A stretch of DNA of 37,090 bases from Octopus bimaculoides (taxonomy: Eukaryota): positions 150,197,470 through 150,234,559 of the forward strand of contig NC_068981.1 of NCBI RefSeq assembly GCF_001194135.2, read 5' to 3'. The position numbers and the translations under genes were made by a program. The notes under the pieces were generated by a model. The model worked only from the letters and a program-made list of their open reading frames with translations, ran no database searches and was not told the DNA's origin. Position 1 is the stretch's first letter. Each line of letters starts with the position of its first letter. Positions 14,169-27,772 of this stretch are shown piece after piece.

Positions 14169-14253
14169 NNNNNNNNNNNNNNNNNNNNNNNNNNNNNNNN
14201 NNNNNNNNNNNNNNNNNNNNNNNNNNNNNNNNNNNNNNNNNNNNNNNNNNNNN

Positions 14254-14308
<55 letters not shown>

Positions 14309-15289
14309 TGTGTGTGTGTGTTTGTGCGTCTGTGTAGATCTGTATATTGACATGTATGTACGAATGTATATGTGTGTGTTTGTGTCGGCATACCGAGTGC
14401 ATAATCAAGGTTGGTTTAGTTCACAAAATACAAACTGCATTATAATATATAATAGACAGGCATGCAAATTATAAAATTGATAGCATTCAGTTATTCTCTC
14501 TATGGTTGGCTTTATAATTGAAGGAACAATAGGCTTAGAGTAGGGGTTATTCACTTGTGTCAGATTTAAGGATATCACTACCATGTTTGTCAAAGTTGTG
14601 TTCTTCAATAACCGTTATAAATAACTTTGCTGTGCCAACCCGTTCGTGTTTAAATCAACTAAGTAGATTTATTTAACTCAACAAGCTCAATTAATCTTTA
14701 TAAAATGGAAGTAAATTGTGCTGATGCTTTCAGTTGAAAGAGATACCTTTAAACTGTGAATAGAGATAATGTAAAACTGTGATAGATTTGTTACGGCGAG
14801 TTAAAACATTGTTGACTTTTCGTTTTCATTATATCAGTACCTTTTACCATGAAGCTTCAACCTGTTTATTGTTACATCACTACATTCTATTCGACATATA
14901 TATTTTAATGCAAGTGCAAAAATAAGTAATAAGATTAAACTAAAAATGATTTCTTACGTACGTAGAGAAGAAAACATTATAGTCAATCAAATTAGTATTT
15001 TTATACAAGTACACAAGTAGTGTGTATTTTATTTACACTTTTCCTCTGACAAAATAAGAGGTATGTATGTACATAAGTTGAAATACAAATTTGTTGTAAT
15101 AGAAATTAATCAGCTAGTCTAGAATAAGGAAAGTAAACGGCGTAGAGTCAAAATATATTGGATAATTGGATAACTGAACGCAGTACTTTACTGCATTAGA
15201 ATAAAAGATAATAGTGCGTGTCACTGAAATTACCACATTCATTCTAACAACTTTTAGAAATTGGACATAATTTATCACAGGGTCTATCG

Positions 15290-16300
15290 CCATCATCAGA
15301 CTCTTGAGTGACTACAGAGGAATCCTCTCCGTTGCATGCATTAAGCCCAGGTTTCCGGTTAGAGAATAATATCCACTCTTTTTTCTACTGATTTCAAATG
15401 CCCTGAAATGGGCCCTATTATTACTGAGCGATAAAAAATATTTTTCTAAATGATATGTAATATAGAAAAACAATGTGTTAACTACAAATATTCTCCCTCT
15501 AAAAGCTCCACTTGGCTGGATAATATGCATGACAAATTTTTTCTATCAATCAAAATCAAATCATCAAACTGATCTAACACTTTATCTAAACACGATAGCA
15601 GCAGAATAAGACTGTGTGTCTGCTATATAGGATGCAATATATATATATAAAACATTGCGATAGCCTCAAATGCTAACAGATTTCCATAACAATATTTGTT
15701 AAAAGCATCATCCAAGTAGAAAGAAATCACATAACACAACTGGCAGTTGTAAGAGAAAAATGGGATACAAAAATTTGAAAGATATACATTTTAAACTCAA
15801 TTTCTGTGGTATATTAGATTGTTTGGCATAAAAAGCTGAGATCACACGATTGAAATCACTTACGCTAAACAAATCCAAAATCTCAGGTAGAAATTTGAAG
15901 AGATTAAAGACATCAAATACTAATAGAACAGACAATTTTGTATTAGGGTATAATACTTTTAGAGGCAAAAGGAACAAAATCCTTTTTTCAAGATATTTTT
16001 CAAAACACCTATAATTTCGGAAACATGTAGAATTATGAGAACAACATGTCATGACTATAATAAGTCAATGACAAAGCTTTCATTCACTTGTCCTTGACAA
16101 GAAGTTGTAGTTGCTTCTATCAAATAAAATTGCAAATGCATTTTATGAAGAAATATTACATTTTTTGCCTTTTGAAGTATTTTGTTCTTGAAAAAATGCA
16201 GAAAAAAAAAACAATAATATAATCAAACTCCTTCCAAGCTTGTAATAAATGAACCTTTACTCTATCAATGGAGTGACATTCTTCTCCCTTCTTTTCATAG
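15290..16300 (+). mobile_element. Possible very old piggyBac-like transposase relic
   Basis: Hand translation gives NRF, QLAVVREKWD, TILY*G and DIFQNTYNFGNM*NYEN in the order expected for piggyBac, but with many stops. An agggTTAA end lies at 16596-16603; no matching left end was found. Confidence 0.3.
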
Positions 16301-17263
16301 TTTAAAGACTGAAAAGATAAATCCTATGATAGCGTTGAAAATTATCTCCCGTGTATTAGAACGTCATGCGCATAAAAGGAAATGATATAATTCAAAGATG
16401 AGAGAAGGAGGGAGGGAGAGAAAGAGAGAGAGAGAGGGGAGAGGGATAGAAAGAGAGAGAGAGAGAGAGTGAGAGAGAGAAATTTTGTCCACAAATTTAC
16501 GAATATTGATAATTATATAAATAAATTTGTAATTCAGCTGGTGAAACTGACAGTTACAAAATATGGTCTGTTATACCATCTATCTTTGCTATCTGAGGGT
16601 TAAAACTCTAACTGTCTGATAGAGATTTGAATTTCACATTCGTACGCAGCACTTACTGTGAAAGTCTCTTGTTGTCCAATATTGTTTCGTAGAAGACTAC
16701 AAACAATTAGTAAACCGTCCTGTCTCCGCTCGTATTTTCTTGAATATTTGTAAAAAAGACGCGTGAACTTCTGTACATATCCACATTAATTAACAGCATT
16801 GTTTTTATTTATTTATTTATTCATTTAAACACCAATTTGATGTTTCTTATATCTCTCCTCCTCATCATTTCTTTTTGCTTTATTTTTACTCCTTTGTTTT
16901 GTTTTCTCCGTTGTCTTCCCATTCTTTATATTTCTTGTGTCCTATATATTCTTCTTGTTAACTATAGTTAAGTCTATTAACACACGCACGCACACATACA
17001 CACACACACACACACACACGTATTTTAAATAACAATGAAGAGAAAGCATACTAATAGGTGAAACTAACTATATACATGTTTTTATAAAGAGTGATCTAAG
17101 TTGATGTGGGTGTTTATTTGCGTGTGCCCATAAGGGTGTTTGATTGTACATTTTTTTGTACTGCAAAATAGATAAGAACAACTACATCCATGAATAACAA
17201 TTTATCTTTCTGTCTATCGATATACATAAATGAATGCACACACATACATAATACATATATACA

Positions 17264-17313
<50 letters not shown>

Positions 17314-19787
17314 NNNNNNNNNNNNNNNNNNNNNNNNNNNNNNNNNNNNNNNNNNNNNNNNNNNNNNNNNNNNNNNNNNNNNNNNNNNNNNNNNNNNNNN
17401 NNNNNNNNNNNNNNNNNNNNNNNNNNNNNNNNNNNNNNNNNNNNNNNNNNNNNNNNNNNNNNNNNNNNNNNNNNNNNNNNNNNNNNNNNNNNNNNNNNNN
17501 NNNNNNNNNNNNNNNNNNNNNNNNNNNNNNNNNNNNNNNNNNNNNNNNNNNNNNNNNNNNNNNNNNNNNNNNNNNNNNNNNNNNNNNNNNNNNNNNNNNN
17601 NNNNNNNNNNNNNNNNNNNNNNNNNNNNNNNNNNNNNNNNNNNNTATACAAGCATTTCTATATGAGTAAGTAAAAATCAATAACTGGTCGAAAAAAATAT
17701 TTTAAAAACAACAAATCATAGGGACTCCGTTGAATTGGTAATTTCTTGTTTGTCATTTGATTATTTTCTTCAAGATGACCATATTTAAAGAAGACAGAAA
17801 TCCCAAACCCCAATAACGTTTCTTCGATATATCTGTAGAAAAAAAATGGGAAAAAAATCAATAAATAGTTTCGGAAAGATGAAATGAACAGAATGGCAAT
17901 ATTCAAATTATGCTTATATATGTTCAACGGACTGATCTTTCGTGAACAGCAACAATATTAGATAAATACATAGCGACATACATACATACATACATACATA
18001 GACAAATAGACACCTCCTACGTAGATAGACAAATAGATAGAGAGAGAGAGAGAGAGAGAGTCAGCGAGAGAGAGAGAGAGAGAGATGAATGTATTTCTCC
18101 TTGAACATGTATGTAGTTCTAATAGTACTCATCTAACTTGATAAATATCATACATGAAAACACTGAGCCCTTGAGTTTCGGGTATTGGTTTACAGCCAAA
18201 ATATGAATAAACATGTTTTATTTTATTTATTTCTACCACTAAACACCCTCACCCCCACACACGCATACATACATACATACATACATATAAAACAAGTATA
18301 GCTATATGCACCGTTTAATATTCACGAAGGACTGGTATTTTGCACATCACATAATTACAGTGTTAGGAGAATGTGTTGCTAGGGAATCACACGAAATGAA
18401 ATTGAAATAAATAAGAATGTACCACCAATATTTACGATAAAACTTTCAATTTCTAGTTTCACAGAAGAGAAAAAGAAAACGTTTTTAGTTTCAACATTTC
18501 CTTCTTTGGTTACTGTTGCTGCATGACAGCTTCAGGAAGGAGGCGGATAGTGCGGAAGAGAGAGAGAAAGAGAGAACAATTGAAGTACAGGAGCATATGT
18601 TACCACGTAAAGCATAATCAGGATTAAATTCAGAAAAATTCGAAAATGTCATGAAAGCTTCCTGTTCTGATAGGACACTGATAGCTGATAGCAATTTAGA
18701 CAGTAATATATCAGCAGTGTCAACAGCACTTGTAATAAACAAGATCTTTAGGATTGAAATAATGGACTCTGTATGTGGTCATACTTGCTGTTAGAAATAG
18801 GAGACATATCTTCCTTAAATCTAACCCTATTGTTTTGACATAATAGACAATGTGGTCCTAAACATAGAAAAGCGTCGGTCTTTCTCTTACCGTTTACTGG
18901 AAAAAATTAGCTGTCTTCAGACCTGGAAAGGCAGAAACTCCGTTAGGTCTAACAGTGGTCATGGTATGCCGGATAGCAATCGGACATATATATNNNNNNN
19001 NNNNNNNNNNNNNNNNNNNNNNNNNNNNNNNNNNNNNNNNNNNNNNNNNNNNNNNNNNNNNNNNNNNNNNNNNNNNNNNNNNNNNNNNNNNNNNNNNNNN
19101 NNNNNNNNNNNNNNNNNNNNNNNNNNNNNNNNNNNNNNNNNNNNNNNNNNNNNNNNNNNNNNNNNNNNNNNNNNNNNNNNNNNNNNNNNNNNNNNNNNNN
19201 NNNNNNNNNNNNNNNNNNNNNNNNNNNNNNNNNNNNNNNNNNNNNNNNNNNNNNNNNNNNNNNNNNNNNNNNNNNNNNNNNNNNNNNNNNNNNNNNNNNN
19301 NNNNNNNNNNNNNNNNNNNNNNNNNNNNNNNNNNNNNNNNNNNNNNNNNNNNNNNNNNNNNNNNNNNNNNNNNNNNNNNNNNNNNNNNNNNNNNNNNNNN
19401 NNNNNNNNNNNNNNNNNNNNNNNNNNNNNNNNNNNNNNNNNNNNNNNNNNNNNNNNNNNNNNNNNNNNNNNNNNNNNNNNNNNNNNNNNNNNNNNNNNNN
19501 NNNNNNNNNNNNNNNNNNNNNNNNNNNNNNNNNNNNNNNNNNNNNNNNNNNNNNNNNNNNNNNNNNNNNNNNNNNNNNNNNNNNNNNNNNNNNNNNNNNN
19601 NNNNNNNNNNNNNNNNNNNNNNNNNNNNNNNNNNNNNNNNNNNNNNNNNNNNNNNNNNNNNNNNNNNNNNNNNNNNNNNNNNNNNNNNNNNNNNNNNNNN
19701 NNNNNNNNNNNNNNNNNGTCCCGTGTGTATGTTATAGTAGACTGGCTATGACTAATATCTACAATACTTCGATCTATTAATAAAAGA

Positions 19788-20114
19788 TGTATGGCTCAGT
19801 GGTTGTTAGAGTGTCGGGCCCACAATCATCAGGTAGTGAGTTCAATTCCAGGACCGGGCTATTCTTGAGCAAGATGCTTTATTTCACGTTGCTCCAGTTC
19901 ACTCAGCAGTAGAAATGAGTTGCGATGTCATTGGTGCCAAGCTGTATTGGCCTTTGCCTTTACATCGGTAGCGTGGAGGGGGAAAATTGATATGCATGGG
20001 CAACTATTGATCTTCCACAAACAAACAGCCTTGCCCGGACTTCTGCCTCGGAGGGTAATTTTCTAGGTCTAGGTGCAACTTCATAGTCATTCATGACCGA
20101 AGGGGTCCTTATCC
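19788..20114 (+). mobile_element. tRNA-derived SINE family C (CORE-like centre)
   Basis: A box tggctcagtggtt, B box gagttcaattcc, and CORE-like cttgagcaag...ccagttcactcagcagtagaaatgag; colinear with 20283-20610. Confidence 0.88.
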
Positions 20115-20282
20115 AGATAAGAAAACCAAAACCTAAAAAAAAGAAAAGAATATTGACAAAAATTCAATGTATTACATTCAAAACAAAAAAAAAACTAACC
20201 AGGAGCAGATACGAAGAAAACTAGGAAAGTCGTTTGTGTAAACATTCTAACCGCAATTTATCCAATAACTTGCAGCCTATGA

Positions 20283-20610
20283 AGGCGCATGGCTCAGTGG
20301 TTAGAGCATCAGGTTTATAATCATTAGGTTGTGAGTTCGATTCCCGGACCTGGCCGTGTGTTGTGTTCTTGAACAAAGCACTTTGTTTCACGTTGTTCCA
20401 GTTTACTCAGCTGTAGAAATGAGTTGCTACGTCACTGGTGCCAAGCTGCGTCAGACTTTGCCTTTGCCTTGGACAACATCGGTGGCGTGGATAGGAGAAA
20501 CTGGCATACATGGCCAACTGCTGGTCTTCCACAAACAAGCTTGCCCGGATTTGTACCCCAGAGAGGGACTTTCTAGGTGCAATACCATGCTCACTGGTGA
20601 CCGAAAGAAG
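20283..20610 (+). mobile_element. tRNA-derived SINE family C, second copy
   Basis: A box tggctcagtggttaga, B box gagttcgattcc; colinear with 19788-20114. Confidence 0.9.
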
Positions 20611-21323
20611 TATTAACTCATTTTAGCCAAAGGATTTGAAGAACCAGTAAAATTTGGGCGAAACAAAAAAGACGAAATTGTTGCCATTCCTATTCAGTTC
20701 CCAATGATAGAAATGCTCTGCATCAGCATTAAAAATGCTCTGCTCAGATGACTGTTGCAATATGAGCAAGTGGTCACAATTTGTTTACGACTTCACTATC
20801 AAAGTAAAAGGATAAACAAAGCCTTTTCGCCTTTCAAATAGTAATATTTACTTTTGGGTACCAAAATAAAATATTTAGCAATGTATAAAAAGATAGGGAG
20901 TTTATGAAGAAAAAGACTGTCGTAGAAACAAGGAAAATTTGACACATTTATAAAGTAAAAAGAGGTTCCAACGACTTCAGTTGAACAATATACTACCGTC
21001 AATGTGACGTCGAATGATGAAATCAAAATCTAGGGATAAAATAATAATAATAATAATAANNNNNNNNNNNNNNNNNNNNNNNNNNNNNNNNNNNNNNNNN
21101 NNNNNNNNNNNNNNNNNNNNNNNNNNNNNNNNNNNNNNNNNNNNNNNNNNNNNNNNNNNNNNNNNNNNNNNNNNNNNNNNNNNNNNNNNNNNNNNNNNNN
21201 NNNNNNNNNNNNNNNNNNNNNNNNNNNNNNNNNNNNNNNNNNNNNNNNNNNNNNNNNNNNNNNNNNNNNNNNNNNNNNNNNNNNNNNNNNNNNNNNNNNN
21301 NNNNNNNNNNNNNNNNNNNNNNN

Positions 21324-22000
21324 AGACTGATTGAAATTTATTTCTATTTTTCTAAATATAATGTATTTTAACTAGATATCATCTCCACGATCCGCACAGC
21401 GAACGTAAACACACGTGTTACATCAACACCAGACCATCTCCGGACCCAAACACCATGTACAAAAAAATTACAAACAGATTAAATAATACCGGCATTGTTC
21501 CACCCAAGAATAACAACCGGGAAGTGCGTACTGTAAGCTTGCTACGCAAAAAGTACGAAGATCTGAACGTGCAAAACAATCTGACAACAGAAATGAACGG
21601 ATCGGTACCCTACGGAAACGATGACCGTCAAAATAAAGGGCCGGACGTTGTTCCTCATGTTCCGCAAACATAACCAAAACGCCATAAATGGACACGTGAG
21701 GAATACATTTCGATCCTACACGCATATTTTACAGTAGTGCTCTACCCAAAGAACGAAAACGCAACAACGAATACATACAAAATATGGAAGAAAAATAATC
21801 TAAATAAAGACCTCGAGGACTTACAAATATATATAACATACAGAAAATTGCACTACTGGGCACTGCACACATCGTACGCAAAACCCTTTCAATACAGTAA
21901 CCACAAGAGCATCACAGCAAACCACAGCACATACCCAAGGCACACAGAGCTGCGCTCGGTAGTGAAGTGAAAGCGCGTTATAAAAATAAAACTACTGATC
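21324..22000 (+). mobile_element. Internally deleted R4/Dong-clade non-LTR element (ORF N-terminus joined to ORF C-terminus plus 3' UTR)
   Basis: Frame from 21455 continues through a TAA into RHKWTREEYISILHAYF...TYKIWK (R4-type N-terminus). From 21817 another frame reads GLTNIYNIQKIALLGTAHIVRKTLSIQ* (R4-type C-terminus). (TAA)n lies at 21040-21059 and 22001-22043. The true 5' end may be in the gap. Confidence 0.8.
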
Positions 22001-22043
<43 letters not shown>

Positions 22044-22915
22044 TTCCTGCACTCTGGGGCTCGAAAGCAAGATGTATTAATAACAAAGGAAGATGCAATT
22101 ACACAGTATTCAAAACTGCCAAATTGGGGAACAGCAGGGCGAGATGGCTCAAATAATTTAGGTTAACGGACAAACGAAGTCGTTTACAATTAGACGATTT
22201 CCTACAGAGTGATGTAGTTCCGGAATGGATGGTAGAGGGAAAGACAACATTATTGATGAAAGATCGGTTAAAGAGCAATGAGGTTGGTAGTTACTGACCC
22301 ATTGCTTGTGTTAACCTCTTATGGAAAGTGTTAACAGACATTCTCGCAAGGAAATATGTATACATTCCTAGCAAAAGAATCTACGTGCAGTAGAACAAAA
22401 GTGATGCCGGAAAGGACCCTTAGGCACCAAGGACTACCTTATGATAGACACGGTCGTAATGAAGAAATGTAAACGGTGCCAAATACTTGTGTATGGCCTG
22501 AACAGTCTGTAAAAAAGTTTATGACATGTCGCTGCATCCGTTGATTCTGGATACACGTGAGATGTGTGAAGTAGTTGTGAATGTGCTTGCACTAATCAAG
22601 AACAGCAAGCCTAGGTGTAACACTTAGCTGATGTAACAATCAAAAGAGGTATCTTCCAGGGAAATTCTTGTTCACCATTGCTATTTGTTATAAGCCTTGA
22701 TCCCTGTTTCTATCGTTCTACAGAAAATCAACGCTGAGAAAGAATGGACCTCATCTCAACTACCTTCTCTTCATACGTAATTTCAAACTGTTCGCAAAAC
22801 AGAGTCTAAAATGGAGGAGCTGACTGAGTCTGAGCAGATGAGCGGCAAGGATTACAGGAATGGAACTCGGGATCTCAAAGTGTGCGTTGCTCACTTTGGA
22901 ACGAGGGAAAACAGC
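22044..22915 (+). mobile_element. R4/Dong-clade reverse transcriptase fragment, decayed
   Basis: VPEWMVEGKTTLLMKD, Y*PIAC, GTKDYLMID, RGIFQGNSCSPLLF (22645 onward), YLLFIRNFKLFAK, MELGISKCA. Confidence 0.88.
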
Positions 22916-23111
22916 AGATTTCATTTTTCAGGCTCAAATTACCGGTTATCGATCGGGTTCGGCAATCTAAACCTCAACGAGCTGGATTTCTGTAAGAAAC
23001 TTACGAAATTTCATTCAAGTCTAACGGAGCCAAATCAAACTGTTTCAAACAATGATATATATAACTCCTACTAAATCTGTTGAGTGCCTTTTTCTTTCGT
23101 TTGTCCATTCA

Positions 23112-23222
<111 letters not shown>

Positions 23223-24189
23223 GAATTTGCATTTAGCAGTAGAAATATGTCGCGGACGTATTTTAACTTAGCTAAAGTTTGCGTATATATGTGTGTGTGT
23301 TTCTGAGTGCAATATATATATCATCTAAGGAATACCCAATATCTTGATTAGAAAACTGTTATATGTGCACTTGTGGAAAGTTGCATATTTATCCATGTCT
23401 CCCACGCCCTATAACATACATAGATACATGCATACACCCACACTCAAGAGCGCATGCGTTATTTTAAATAATTGACAACACCAGTTCTATATAATTGCAC
23501 CATTTATTTATTTATTCATTTCGTTTTGTGTAATAACATCATTTTCATGGTACATTATTTTGTGAATAACTGTTTGTCGAATGACTATTGACATAAATGG
23601 TTAGTGAGCTTTGTAATGTGATTTTGGTCGGATGAAATTCCATTTGGTATCCAAATTGAAACTATAATTATGTTTCTTTATGTTGCATATTATTGATTTT
23701 CTTTGAGAACTTATGATTTGTCATTTTATCATTCATTTGTATATTAATGTGCATGGCAAACTAATTAGGAAGACTGTAGGTTTAAACATATCCTAGATTT
23801 ATGCGAACTCAAGCAGGGTTAATGTTGTGCAATTAACAAAATAACACAGAATTCGATGCTTCGTTGATTTTACAATTATTGTCATATTTGGCAATCATAC
23901 TACATTTGTAGCTGTAGTTGAAAGCATGTTTAGTATGTGTCAACGGAATTATATTGTCCATTTAGGCTTAAATTATAAGTGAATCAGTTTATCGTCATTC
24001 CATTTTGAATTTGGCCGAGACACAACATTTAAAAGAATCAATTTACCTAACTAGATATAGATGCTACGAGGATTTGCAATCAACCACTAGAAGCAGAGGT
24101 CGATTGTAGATCAGCGCGTTGTTGCGATTTTGATTCGTAACACTGGCACAATGCCATGAAGTTTGGAGGCAGGTATAGCCAATTTAATC

Positions 24190-24660
24190 GTCCCCTGTAC
24201 TTGACTGGTATTTTATTTTATCGACATAATGAAATGCTATATTGACATTAGTGAGTTTTCAACTTAGAATGTAAAGGGGCGTAACTAAATACCCCAATAC
24301 TTTGCTGGCGGAAATAGTGATTCTAATATAGGCACAGGGTTTTAAATTTCTGAAAGGCATATATTCGGTTAAATTTAGCTCGAAAATGACTGGTACATTA
24401 TTTTATAGATCTAGGTAAGACAAAGTTAAATACGATGGTATTTAGAATCAGAATATAAACGATCATAACTAAGTGCAAGTTAGTTTAAGCAAGGTGAAAT
24501 ATCGATTTCTAACAGAGCAGGGGGATAGAAATCTGGGAACAAAATATACTCGATCAATTTACTTCAGTACATAAAATATGTCTATCAGCCTCGGATTGGT
24601 GAGAAACAAACTTCACCTAGGCGAGATTTGATCTCAATACATAAAGTGCCGTAGCCAAAT
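24190..24660 (-). mobile_element. Cluster of about three decayed family A SINE fragments
   Basis: Recurrent reverse-complement motifs: gtacttgactggta..tttatcga..., aacttagaatgtaaag, ataggcacaggg, ttcacctaggcgagatttgatctca. Confidence 0.55.
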
Positions 24661-24871
24661 ACAGTAAAGTACTACTACGTGTTTTGTATACAACAGAAAT
24701 GCTTTAATCTTGGTGGAGAGTAGTTGTAGTCATTCCAGGTTCAGATCAGTATGTCTCTGGTTGACGTATTCTAAACATGAAAAATATAACCGAGAGAAAA
24801 GACATCAGAAGAGAAGTTGTCGGTATTCATAAACACTATCACATTTCATTATTACCATACACACACAGATA

Positions 24872-24874
<3 letters not shown>

Positions 24875-24965
<91 letters not shown>

Positions 24966-25004
24966 TAGACAGACAGACAGACAGACAGAGAGGCACACAG
25001 ATAG

Positions 25005-25041
<37 letters not shown>

Positions 25042-25101
25042 CAGAGACAGAGATAGACAGACAGACAGAGAGGCACACAGATAGATAGATAGATAGATAG
25101 A
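24875..25101. repeat. Compound (TA)(GA)(GACA)(GATA) microsatellite with a duplicated sub-block
   Basis: The series gaga-gacagagac-gatagacagacag-aggcacacag-gatagatag occurs twice. Confidence 0.92.
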
Positions 25102-26759
25102 TGATGTCTTACATGTGTTTCTGGGGTATCCCAAATGATAAGCGAGTATACCTACATTTGGGGTATTCCGTCATCAGAGACAGGTAGAGAACTTATAAAT
25201 GATCTAGACATGGAAAATTCGCAGACAGAAAGCAACGAAACGGAAGAGTAGAGAGTAAAGAAATAAAGAAATAAAGTTCACAGTTCAATTTTCAGAGGGT
25301 ATGGATGTTAGTCCGTATGATCTTAGGTAAAATCCGACTTAAGATGCTTGTTATGCCACGGCGTTTGTTGTCTTCTTTCACAAATATATATCTGCTAAAT
25401 CGGAAACATAAATAAACATGTGGGGACACATAACAATTGAAATAAAAATATGGTGCTATGAATGACACATGAAAATGAACATGCAAAACATTAGAATCAA
25501 AATATTAAAATAACGATGCATGAATGTTAACTGAGAAATGAGAATATGAAAAGTGTGTTACTCACCCCACACTGAGTAACACCACTCACCACCTCTGAGT
25601 CCGGAGTCCTCTTTAGTCTTTGATCTAGTCTGCACTTTTATATGTATATATACCTCTCTCCATTTATCTATTTAGCTCTCACTCTTTATATATATATATA
25701 TATACCTATATAATTTCGCTTTTATGTATATTTATACGTAAAAACCGTCAAACATTAATTAAAACATCATTCAGTTTATTTAAATTGCTTATGAAATTTA
25801 TTTTTATTGGGCCAGCACTGGCTTATATTTTCGAAGTTTCATACTTAGATGGCGTCATCCCATACGCATACATAATACACACATACAAACATCTAACCAC
25901 CAATATATACTATTACGTGCATACATATAATTTCTCTGAGTTGCTAGCAATATAGTGTACGCAGCGTTAAGAGCGATTAACAACATATCTGTTGCCTTCT
26001 GCAACTGTGTTAAAGGAAGTAGCTCCACTCCTATCACCATTGTTTATTTGTCTCAAACTTGAATCAGTCGATTTTAGTATAACAATGTCTCTTGGACGCC
26101 CTTACATTTTAATTTTAAACACCCGAGAGAGAGAGTTTTTTTCTGCATGGATAATTTCAGTCAGTCGAAGTTTCCACTTACTATGTCACGTATGTAAGTT
26201 TCTATCTCATTCTAACTATATTCTAATACCATGAAGATAAAACATTCAATCGTAGTACAGTGACTGAACATGTAACACAAAACACCACTGTATCTCCATC
26301 TCTGAACACCCGTTACTAGTGATGCAGACTACTTTCGATTCCCAGTTGTAATGGTATCAGTTATTTCGATAATGATTTTGCGACAGATATCTCAAAATTG
26401 GCATTTCCTTTTCCCGTTAAATGTCATGCTTTGTATGCAAAATCAATGAAAACTTTCTGTGCTTCCTTACGTTAACTTTTTATGCTTCCTAATCAAATGA
26501 CTAATTTATTTAGATAATTAAATATATCTAATTTTCAGATACGATAATGATTTCTAACTTTTTCATGATTTATCATCTTTCAGTTTTTTTCTTTTTTTTT
26601 TTCGATAGGTTTTTTTTTTTTTCGATAGGTTTTTTTTTTTATCATTAGTCAGTAAAGTTGTTAATACCAATGATATATTTCGGGATATTTAGAACTGGTA
26701 AGAGAAAGGGTTCGAATGCTTGTAGTAGAGTAGGCTCCATTATTAGCGTCCAATGACCA

Positions 26760-27650
26760 GGTGTGGGTGCTAAACCGGATGATTAAGTCTACAGCCCAAC
26801 TAGGCTACGTAAAAATTTAAACTCAGAATGCAAAGAGGTGAAACAAAAATCTCAAAGCATCACGTCCGACGCTCCAACAATTCCGGCAGTTCACCAATCT
26901 AGACTAGTATTTTATTTATGAATATTAGGAGGATGAAAAACGAAGTTAACCGCGACTAGATCTGAACTAAGAATCTAAGTGAGTCAAAATAATGACGGTA
27001 AGACATTTAATCCGACGCCCATAATTTCTTAATGATAAAAATGAATCAGCTTTAATTTTTGGTTTCAAATTTTGGTACAGGGCCAGAAATTTGAGGTGGG
27101 AGGGTAAGTCGATTACATCGACCCAGTATTCAAGTAGTACTTATTTTATCAACCCCGTGAAGACTGACGATGTGATGATAACCACTTTGCCCGGTGTGCT
27201 AACGATTCTGTCAGCTCATCGCCTTAATCAGCTTTAATATTAATTTACTACTTCGAAGATCGACAACAGTTAATGCTTTTCTGGTTTAGCCACAACTTTA
27301 AAGGAAAAGTACTTTATTTTACCTATTCTGGAGGAAAGAAAGGCAAAGTTCACCTCACTGGAATGGAATTGGAACTCGTAATGTATAGATCAAAAATACG
27401 ACAACATTTAAGAAGCCTTTAAAATAAAATTCCATGGCTCTCAGAAATCTGTAGCGAAAGTAAATATAGTTAACATGATCACAAAATCGATGTAACACCA
27501 CGCACACTGATAACAGGAAGAGTCAAAACAGATACCGCAAGTTATGAAATTCTGATGCACTAAACATGCAGCTAGTCTACTTCAGGTGGACTGATACTTT
27601 ATTTTTCGTCTCTTTAAAGAATGGAAAACAACGTTGGTTACTTGCCCGCT
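26760..27650 (-). mobile_element. Cluster of 4-5 decayed family A SINEs; best copy at 27060-27226 has an internal deletion
   Basis: Reverse complements of SINE head and body motifs at about 26810-26895, 26900-27030, 27060-27226, 27300-27420 and 27585-27650. Confidence 0.7.
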
Positions 27651-27719
27651 TGATCACCATGTACGTCGTAGTCAGAGAGCAGAGAGATGGTAGAAATGTA
27701 GCAATATATAGTCTCTTCA

Positions 27720-27772
27720 AGGCGGCGAGTTGGCAGAAACGTTAGCGCGCCGAGCGAACTGCTTAGCGGTAT
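27720..27772 (+). mobile_element. Family A SINE 5' head (A box), interrupted
   Basis: aggcggcgagttggcagaaacgttagcgcgccgagcgaactgcttagcggtat; the SINE resumes at 29588. Confidence 0.93.

Noticed and set aside
17114-19751. Long ORFs containing X runs (also 13961-14474, 21014-21334, 29856-30248, 35545-35976)
   Set aside because: Open only because they cross N gaps and dinucleotide repeats.
19788-20610. Possible tRNA genes (A and B boxes)
   Set aside because: No acceptor-stem closure or poly-T terminator; they continue into SINE bodies.
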